64,000 nt of DNA, from positions 2,197,853 through 2,261,852 of the forward strand of contig OZ240207.1 of assembly GCA_965197415.1 (NCBI GenBank). The letters run 5' to 3'. The notes under the pieces were generated by a model that saw nothing but the letters and a program-made list of their open reading frames with translations, was not told the DNA's origin and did no database searches. This DNA is from Dehalococcoidia bacterium (GTDB lineage: Bacteria; Chloroflexota; Dehalococcoidia; Lucifugimonadales; JAGWBF01). Positions 57,943-64,000 of this stretch are shown piece after piece (positions within the stretch are counted from its first letter, which is position 1; every line of letters starts with the position of its first letter). The translations under genes and the position numbers were made by a program.

Positions 57943-58740
57943 TTGAAGATACTGGTCACAAACGACGATGGATTCAGGGCCCCGGGGCTTTGGGCGGCTG
58001 TGGACGCCTTGAAGCTCCACGGCGACGTGTGCGTTGCGGCTCCCGACCGGGACCACAGCGGAGTCGGCGCTTCTCTGACGCTGCGGAGGCCCCTGCGAGT
58101 CTTTCAAGTAGATCCCCTGGTGGAAAAGGGGCCCCACGAAATCGACGCGTACTCCATCGAAGGCACTCCTGCCGACTCCGCTGTTCTGGCCCTGGAGCAG
58201 CTGGCCGGGCCTGTGGACCTGGTGGTGTCGGGGATAAACCAGGGGTCCAACCTGGGAGAGGACGTGCTTATCTCCGGCACTGTGGGGGCGGCGCTTCAGG
58301 GCTACGTCCGGGGATGCCCGTCCATCGCCATATCGGTGGGCGCCCTCCGGGACACCCGCTACGACGTTGCGGCGGCCTTCTTGGATGTGGTGGTCGAGGG
58401 CCTGAAGAATGGCGCGAGTCTGCCTCCAACGCTGGTCAACGTGAACCTGCCCAACGAGCCGGTCGAAAACCTGAAAGGTGTCAGGGTGACGAGGCTGGGG
58501 CGGCGTAGCTATGGGGAGTCGGTGAAGGAGGACGAGGACATCCGCAGCATGACCTACCGAATCAACCGGGACGTGCCTGTGTTCAAGGAACGGGAGCAGG
58601 AAGAAGGCACGGACCTGTGGGCGGTCCTCAACAACATGATTTCGGTGACGCCCATCAACACGGGACTCACCGACGACGCCAACATCCCCCTGCTGGAGGC
58701 GGCTCTGGCCGGGTGCGAGGGCAGGCTTCTCAGCGGCTGA
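57943..58740 (+). CDS. surE: 5'/3'-nucleotidase SurE
   Basis: MKILVTNDDG N-terminus and GINQGSNLG and SGTVGAA blocks. Confidence 0.9.
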   Translation: MKILVTNDDGFRAPGLWAAVDALKLHGDVCVAAPDRDHSGVGASLTLRRPLRVFQVDPLVEKGPHEIDAYSIEGTPADSAVLALEQLAGPVDLVVSGINQGSNLGEDVLISGTVGAALQGYVRGCPSIAISVGALRDTRYDVAAAFLDVVVEGLKNGASLPPTLVNVNLPNEPVENLKGVRVTRLGRRSYGESVKEDEDIRSMTYRINRDVPVFKEREQEEGTDLWAVLNNMISVTPINTGLTDDANIPLLEAALAGCEGRLLSG

Positions 58741-58844
58741 CGCCGGCGCGTCAGTGGCGCCTTTGCTTGACACCCTTCCGACGGGCGCTATAGCATTTCA
58801 TTCTGGACCCTGAAGTCGGAACCTCCCGAATTCAGGCGTTACTT

Positions 58845-58920
58845 GGGGATATAGCTCAACTGGGAGAGCGCGGCGTTCGCAATGCCGAGGTTGGGGGTTC
58901 GAGTCCCCCTATCTCCACCA
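58845..58920 (+). tRNA. tRNA-Ala (anticodon CGC), CCA encoded
   Basis: Acceptor GGGGATA/TATCTCC with the G3:U70 Ala identity pair, anticodon loop TTCGCAA, T arm GGGGG-TTCGAGT-CCCCC. Confidence 0.9.
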
Positions 58921-59112
58921 AACTAACCCATTCTCGCCCATTCCCTGCCCGCCTCTTCAGGTCTCAGCAAAGCTCCTATTAGTAGCTGTATTAGGCGTCG
59001 GCAACGCCGGAATCGTCTCCTTGAGGCCTCGCTCCCGGTCTCCCGCAATCCCTTGTTGTCTCGCTTCATGTGTGGTAATTTCTGTGGTAAGAGATTAAGG
59101 AGGCGGCATAGC

Positions 59113-60266
59113 GTGAAGCTCTCGGCGACAAGGGTGAAGGCGCTCAGGGACCCCGGCCGCTACTCGGACGGCGACGGCCTCCACCTGTTCATAAGCAAGA
59201 CGGGCGGCAAGAGCTGGGTGCAGCGGACAACCGTCGACGGCCGACGGCGCGACTTCGGCCTGGGCGGGTATCCGACTGTGTCGCTGGCCCGGGCGAGGAA
59301 GCGTGCATCCGACAACCGTGAGGCGATAGGCGACGGCAGGGACCCGGCGGCGGACAAGCGCAAGCCCGCGACCCTCACTTTCAGCGAGGCCGCCCATGCC
59401 GTCCACGAAGTCAACAAACCTCGTTGGCGCAACGAAAGCCACGCTAGAGCGTGGATTCAGACCCTCGAACGACATGCTTTCCCCAAGATCGGCGCCAAGC
59501 CCATCGACACGATAAGCCGCGCCGACGTGTTGACGGTCCTTGCGCCCATATGGTCGACGCGGCCCGAGACCGCCCGGCGTGTGCGGCAAAGGATGCGCAC
59601 GATATTCAGGTGGGCCATGGCGAATGAATTGATTGAGGCCAATCCGGCGGGGGAAGCCATAGACGGGGCCTTGCCGTCGATGCCCAAGGTCAAAGCGCAT
59701 CTCCGGGCGCTTCCCTACCAGGAGGCGGGCTCGGCTCGGCTCTCAAGACCGTGGATACGTCCCGGACGTCGCTTGCCGCCAAGCGTTGTCTGACGTTCCT
59801 GGTTTTCACGGCGGCGCGGTCCGGAGAGGCGAGGGGGGCTGTGTGGGGCGAAATCGACCTTGAGAGCGCAACATGGACGATCCCCGCCTCACGCATGAAG
59901 GGAGGGATGGAGCACCGGGTTCCCCTGAGCGACCAGGCCCTGGAGGTGTTGAAGCTGGCGCGTCAACTTGAAGACGGCGCCGGGCTCTGCTTCCCGTCCC
60001 CGCTGAAACCTGGCCGGACGCTGAGCGACATGACCCTGACGAAGACGCTCCGTTCCACGGGCCTTGCGGACCGGACGACGGTGCACGGGTTCAGAACGTC
60101 CTTCAAGACCTGGACCATGGAACGGACGGATGCGCCCTGGGCGGTCGGGGAGTCGGCCCTGGCGCATCAGCTGGGCGGGAGCGTCGAGCAAGCGTATGCG
60201 CGTTCCGATCTGCTCGCCCGCCGCCGCACTCTCATGCAACAGTGGGCGGACTACCTCACAGCCTAG
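59113..60266 (+). pseudogene. int: P4-type tyrosine integrase, frameshifted within a (GGCTC)3 run
   Basis: It has a DUF4102-like arm-binding N-terminus (LSATRVKALRDPGRYSDGDGLHL) and a catalytic C-terminal half (ARSGEARGAVWGEIDL, HGFRTSFKTW, ...AY). Track ORFs 59053-59793 and 59751-60266 are in different frames. Removing one GGCTC at 59728-59742 restores a single frame. Confidence 0.8.
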
Positions 60267-60291
60267 TCGCACCATGACGGCCAAGGGATTC

Positions 60292-60507
60292 CTAGGAGGC
60301 GGTGGATGAGCCGCGCTCACTCGTCGCCGTCGGCAGGGACTGTATCCAAGCGGTGATGTCGCTTTCTTTCCACCTGACCGCCATGGAGCCGACCCTGACA
60401 GGCGGAGGGAATTTCCCGTCGCCAATCCGTCTGTAGATCGAGGCGCGGCTCAATCCGGTGCGTTCTTCAACCTCTCGACGACGCAGCAGTATGTCGCTCA
60501 TTCTCAT
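60292..60507 (-). CDS. alpA: AlpA-family phage regulatory protein / excisionase-like HTH
   Basis: ILLRRREVEERTGLSRASIYRRIGDGKFPPPVRVG...VRWKESDITAWI is a canonical AlpA pattern. Confidence 0.8.
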   Translation of the reverse strand: MRMSDILLRRREVEERTGLSRASIYRRIGDGKFPPPVRVGSMAVRWKESDITAWIQSLPTATSERGSSTAS

Positions 60508-60886
60508 GCTCCTTGATGAATTGAATTCGCATCTGTAAATGGGCCGCCGGCGCTGTGGTTCGGGTCCGGCGCTTGTCCTCCCGGAGGGTCATCTGAGCGC
60601 CCTCGCCCGTGAGAATGCGCCGGCCTCCGGGCGTCCGGTCAGCGAACCGGAAGATGGAGCGCATGGCGCCCCAGCAGGGCTCGACGCCCTTGCGCCGCCT
60701 GAGCGACTGCTTGGAGTCGACGCCGAGGGCCCTTGCGAGGCCGCCGGCCTCCTTGAGACGCTCAAGGCGCTCGCCGAAGTCCTCCGGCGGGACGCCCTGA
60801 CTCGGGAGGCGGCGTCCCCTCCTCTTTTTCCCGCCGGTGTTGTGGATGCGCCCGTTGATGCGGGACGAGTCGTTAGGGTTGTCCAT
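60467..60886 (-). CDS. HTH-domain protein of mobile-element type (possibly degraded)
   Basis: DFGERLERLKEAGGLARALGVDSKQSLRRRKGVEP..GAM resembles island-borne HTH proteins. The start was taken at MDNPND, and the tail overlaps alpA by 41 nt. Confidence 0.4.
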   Translation of the reverse strand: MDNPNDSSRINGRIHNTGGKKRRGRRLPSQGVPPEDFGERLERLKEAGGLARALGVDSKQSLRRRKGVEPCWGAMRSIFRFADRTPGGRRILTGEGAQMTLREDKRRTRTTAPAAHLQMRIQFIKEHENERHTAASSRG

Positions 60887-61094
60887 GTCTATCCTCCAAT
60901 CTGAAAAGGTCGTCGAAGTCGTCCGCCCCAAGGACCTTCCGCATCCGACGGCGGATGCGGCCGGAAGGCGTGCGCCTGCCGTTGACCGGCGTTGCCATGC
61001 ATCCGGGGCTGACCCCTATCTCCCTGGCGAGCCGGTTCCGGGAGCGGTTCGGCGTCGTGACCCGCTCCCCGAGGGCCGTTGTGTTGAGGCGCAC
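60873..61094 (-). CDS. XRE-family HTH protein (73 aa)
   Basis: ALGERV....RNRLAREIGVSPGCMATPVNGRRTPS fits the XRE helix-turn-helix pattern. Confidence 0.5.
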   Translation of the reverse strand: MRLNTTALGERVTTPNRSRNRLAREIGVSPGCMATPVNGRRTPSGRIRRRMRKVLGADDFDDLFRLEDRHGQP

Positions 61095-61136
61095 AACGGT
61101 CCGTCCCCCGCCCCTCCGGGGGCCTTTCCGCTTGTC

Positions 61137-61379
61137 GGCGCACTGCCTTCACGTCCTCGCAGAGGCTTCGCACGTTGTGCACAACGTGGAGGGGGAAGCG
61201 CAGCCGCGTCTTGAGCCCTTCGATGCGGTCGTAGACGCCGGGCGGCTCCCAGCGTGCGTCGGCGAAGACGACGCAGTCCGGCATGCGGTCGGAGGCGCCC
61301 CCGCTTGCCATGAGCGCCATGACCAATGACTGGACGCCCCGCCCAGGTTGATGACTGTCAACGCTGGAGGTGCGCTCAT
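61137..61379 (-). pseudogene. PAPS-reductase-family fragment (frameshifted and truncated)
   Basis: MSAPPALTVINLGG in one frame continues as VQSLVMALMASGG....PDCVVFADARWEPPGVYDRIEGL in another. This resembles the N-terminal ATP-PPase-like part of phage PAPS-reductase-type proteins, and the remainder is missing. Confidence 0.4.
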
Positions 61380-61720
61380 TGGCTCTCCTCCTCGCTGCCG
61401 TCGCGCGGCGACGGGTCCGTCCCGGGAGAGGGCGGCTCCTCCTCAGCCGGCTTGACCAGGATGGTGAAGAGGCGGCGCAGCCGCTCCTCGGCGCCGGGTC
61501 CGGGTTGAAGTCGGTCCCGGCCGCCCTTATGTCTGAGGAACGGCGGTCGGCGGTCTTCGGTTTTCCTCGGTTCCTGCCGTTTTTCAAGTCGCTGCCCTCG
61601 TGGCGTTTGCGGGTGTTCGCCCTTGAACGTGACGGTTGGCGTCTTCGGCCGACCGCTCGTTCCGGCTCCGGTTTGGCCGGTTGAAGACAGATTAGAGGAT
61701 TCAGTGCAATAAGTCAAGCA

Positions 61721-61812
61721 TTATAATCGTATTCTCATAATATATACGGCATATACAGTAAGAATATATATAGATATCGTTAATAAATTACGATTATGAT
61801 AAATTATCACTA
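61721..61812. other. Extremely A/T-rich tract with 9-bp inverted repeats (ATAATCGTA 61723-61731 / TACGATTAT 61789-61797)
   Basis: I count 19 G/C in the 90 nt 61721-61810. The surrounding DNA is strongly GC-rich. Confidence 0.85.
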
Positions 61813-62356
61813 CAAAGACTGTGAGAGAGAAAAGAGAGAGAGAGTAAGCCGTCGCGCTGGAGTCTATTATTATATTGTGGGTGACCTTCATCCGGGTGCG
61901 TGGCGACTCTGTCAGGACATGGCTCAGGGAGTCGCGGGCTGGGGGAGGACTTCCATGTCGGCGGACCGCGGGGCCAAGGCAGCAGCCGGTCGGCTCCGCA
62001 TGATCGTCGATCGCTTCTTTGACGGCCTCGTCTGCATCTCTACGTTCCGCCTTCGAGGCGCCGGCGGCCTGGCGACGCGGCCCGAGATTCACGGGACCAA
62101 CCACAAAGACTGTGAGAGAGATAAAGAGAGAGAGAGAAAGCCGTCGCGCTGGAGTCTATTATTAGAGAGTGGGTGACCTTCATCCGGGTGCGTGGCGACT
62201 CTGTCAGGACATGGCGCAGGGAGTCGCGGGCTGGGGGAGGACCTCCATGTCGGCGGACCGCGGGGCCAAGGCAGCAGAAGGCAGCAGCCGGTCGGCTCCG
62301 CATGATCGTCGATCGCTTCTTTGACGGCCTCGTCTGCATCTCTACGCTCCGCCTTC
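61813..62356. repeat. Tandem duplication: copy 1 at 61813-62055 and copy 2 at 62103-62356, period about 290 bp, 47-bp spacer
   Basis: The copies aligned by eye are near-identical. Differences are a few substitutions, a 1-nt indel in the GAGAGAGA tract and a 10-nt insertion (AAGGCAGCAG-type) in copy 2. Confidence 0.9.
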
Positions 62357-62548
62357 GCTTCGACCCCAAGCAGAAGCGCCACGCCCTGTGGGACCGGGCG
62401 CACCGCTCCCACACCTTCAACCACGCTAAGTTCCCGGGCGCTGTCATAAGCGGTCGAACGTGGAAACCGCCTTCTCCATGACCAAGGCGAAGTTCGGCGG
62501 GGCCGTCTGACCCAAGGCTGGTGCAGACCGGCCTCAACTCGGAGGAGC

Positions 62549-62850
62549 ATGTCGCCGATGGCTGAGATAGGGCCGACAACTTCACGACGGATGAGGGCGG
62601 GGGGCAGCTACGCCAGCCAGTGGAACCGCTTCGTGGCATGGTCTCAGGAGTCGGGGAAGCGTTCGCTGCCCGCCTCTCCACAGGATGCGGCGGCCTACCT
62701 CGAAGACAGGTCGGGGACGGGCGCCAGGCCTTAGACCCTGCGGGCGGCGGCGGCGGCGATAGCGCGCAATCACAAGGACGCGGGGTTCGACGCGCCCGTC
62801 CACCACGGCGTCGCCAGGACCGTGCTGGGCGAGCTGACGCGGGACGACGC
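62549..62850 (+). pseudogene. N-terminal (SAM-like) fragment of a second tyrosine recombinase with an in-frame TAG at 62732-62734
   Basis: SYASQWNRFVAWSQESGKRSLPASPQDAAAYLEDRSGTGARP-stop-TLRAAAAAIARNHKDAGFDAPVHHGVARTVLGEL matches the usual integrase N-domain pattern. No catalytic domain follows. Confidence 0.5.
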
Positions 62851-63072
62851 CTCCAGGAGAGCTTCTTCGTCCGCCACGCCTACTTCCTGGGCGCCAACGA
62901 CCCCTACAAGTCGCTGAAGACCACCCTCAAGGCCGAAATCGACGAAGACGCCTGGGCCACTCTGAACAGAGCTGTCTCCCGCCCCTTCCCCAAGCCCGAG
63001 TCGGGCCGCATATCGGTCAAGATCATCAACCACCTGGGCGACGAGGCAATGAAGGTGTTCCGGGTGGGGTGA
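62851..63072 (+). pseudogene. C-terminal remnant of a DNA methyltransferase
   Basis: FFVRHAYFLGANDPYKSLKTTLKAEIDEDAWATLNRAVSRPFPKPESGRISVKIINHLGDEAMKVFRV matches, from memory, the conserved C-terminal tail of N4/N6 DNA methylases. The catalytic domain is absent. Confidence 0.45.
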
Positions 63073-63318
63073 TGGGGGGATTAGCCGGCATTTACGCCGG
63101 CACGTTTAGGATAGACGAATGCCCGTTGAGGAAATAGTAATCTGGTTAAACTCTCCCGAAGGTATCGCACTTGCAAGTACCTGCGGTATCTTGGGAGGCC
63201 TAGGAGTGATTTTCCCCTTGTTTCGCTCCATCAATATCACCAAGCCGCTGAGCGCGACATAAACGGCGATGGTGAACATGTAAGGAGCGACGTCATAGGT
63301 TGCCCACAGCGACGCATC

Positions 63319-63771
63319 TTACGTCAGCGGAACCCACGTGACAACGACGCTGACGATCAGCAGCACGAACAACGCGGCGGCGACAAGGCCAAGCCGGAGG
63401 GCCAATTGTCTTGTCATCTCGTGCTCAGCGCGCTCCTTGCGATACGCTTCCGTCACTTTCTCGTATGCGTCTCTGCTGCCGGACGCCGCTTGCCTGGCCT
63501 CGTCCCGTTCTCGCTCCAACTCGGATGCGGTCCGTTCGCTCTCGTCGAGATTGGCTATTGTGCGTTCCAGCAACTCCGGCCCGTGCATACGCACGTATAC
63601 CCGGCGGCCCTCCCTGAGAACCTCGATCTCTCCCTTCCTGATCTTCCGGTCCAGGGTCGAGAGAGACATCTCCAGTTCTTGCGCCGCCTCCGCTTTCGTG
63701 ACCCAGCGGCCAGGCTCATCCATCGCTTTTCCCTCGCTATCGGCTGACACGTCAGCGGCTGTGCTGGGCAT
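63319..63771 (-). CDS. Excisionase/MerR-like HTH protein with coiled coil and C-terminal TM anchor
   Basis: WVTKAEAAQELEMSLSTLDRKIRKGEIEV is HTH_17-like. It is followed by a charged helix and then LGLVAAALFVLLIVSVVVTWV. Confidence 0.55.
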   Translation of the reverse strand: MPSTAADVSADSEGKAMDEPGRWVTKAEAAQELEMSLSTLDRKIRKGEIEVLREGRRVYVRMHGPELLERTIANLDESERTASELERERDEARQAASGSRDAYEKVTEAYRKERAEHEMTRQLALRLGLVAAALFVLLIVSVVVTWVPLT

Positions 63772-64000
63772 GACAAATTGTCGCCGGACCCGCTGTTTAT
63801 TTTAGCGCAGATTCCCAATTGCCGGCATGTGCAAACTTTGACCGGTCAGGCGACGCGTCAGCCCGTTTCGCAGATGAAACAAGGTGATTCGGGTGTCGGC
63901 AGACCTTGAAAATCCCGCTGCCGCCCGCAACTTGCAGCCCCCATGCAATCGAATGGGTTGATAGGGCCGACACCCCCCTATCTATTCCCCTCTACAGAAC

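Larger units (their letters stand above)
58921..63983 (+). mobile_element. Degenerate integrative island at the 3' end of tRNA-Ala (right boundary tentative)
   Basis: A P4-type integrase lies next to the tRNA, with AlpA- and XRE-type regulators, several gene fragments and compositional anomalies. A 10-nt match to the tRNA 3' end (CCCCCTATCT, 58905-58914) recurs at 63974-63983. Confidence 0.5.

Noticed and set aside
61376-61717. 113-aa minus-strand ORF (basic, P/G/E/R-rich) between the A/T tract and the PAPS-reductase fragment.
   Set aside because: Its composition looks like non-coding GC-rich DNA in an open frame, and no motif was seen. It could be real but cannot be supported.
61813-62356. 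Possibility that the repeated GAGAGAGA-containing units are a CRISPR array.
   Set aside because: There are only two units with a period of about 290 bp and a single 47-bp spacer. There is no short repeat/spacer periodicity and no cas genes.
62357-62520. Impression of a transposase C-terminal fragment (…HTFNHAKFPGAVISGR / …ETAFSMTKAKFGGAV) on the plus strand after the tandem repeat.
   Set aside because: The match is only a vague memory. It is split over two frames and too short to assign a family without a database search.
63106-63279. 57-aa minus-strand ORF with an N-terminal hydrophobic helix (MFTIAVYVALSGLVILM...).
   Set aside because: No SD-like sequence is present, it is below any reasonable confidence, and it sits in a region full of gene debris.

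Overview
High-GC bacterial chromosomal window. Gene content (yloV-recG, clpC-radA, argJ, UPF0182) and the dispersed GC-rich palindromic repeats look Chloroflexota-like, but this is unverified. Most of the window is housekeeping: argS (5' part, gene runs off the edge), recG, yloV, rpmB, rpe, an arginine cluster (argJ-argB-UPF0182-argD-argG-argH), moaDE, clpC, radA, cysteine synthase plus a ThiF/MoeB-like E1, rplY, fmt, dnaA, obg, nadD, pyrE, gyrB, surE, an isolated 5S rRNA, tRNA-Met(CAT) and tRNA-Ala(CGC). Four accessory or unusual regions stand out. (1) 16.2-20.9 kb: a single-chain MmeI-like (Type IIG) restriction-modification candidate, translationally coupled to an A/T-richer unknown ORF and followed by a retropepsin-like protease and an orphan 5S gene. 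(2) 28.6-38.7 kb: an intact HK97-type head and packaging module (TerL, portal, prohead protease, major capsid protein, connector) with no tail, lysis, replication or integrase genes. It is split by a 3.1-kb cargo insertion and flanked by core genes. (3) 52.86-54.36 kb: a thioredoxin-fold/NHL-repeat gene whose CxxC position carries an in-frame TGA followed by a hairpin, making it a selenoprotein candidate. (4) 58.9-64.0 kb: a decaying integrative island at tRNA-Ala. It has a P4-type integrase broken by a (GGCTC)3 slip, several gene fragments, a roughly 21 percent GC tract and a 290-bp-period tandem duplication. A Fic gene with paired 64-bp upstream repeats sits next to tRNA-Met. No CRISPR array was seen. 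All functional calls come from reading the translations and motifs by eye; no database search was run.
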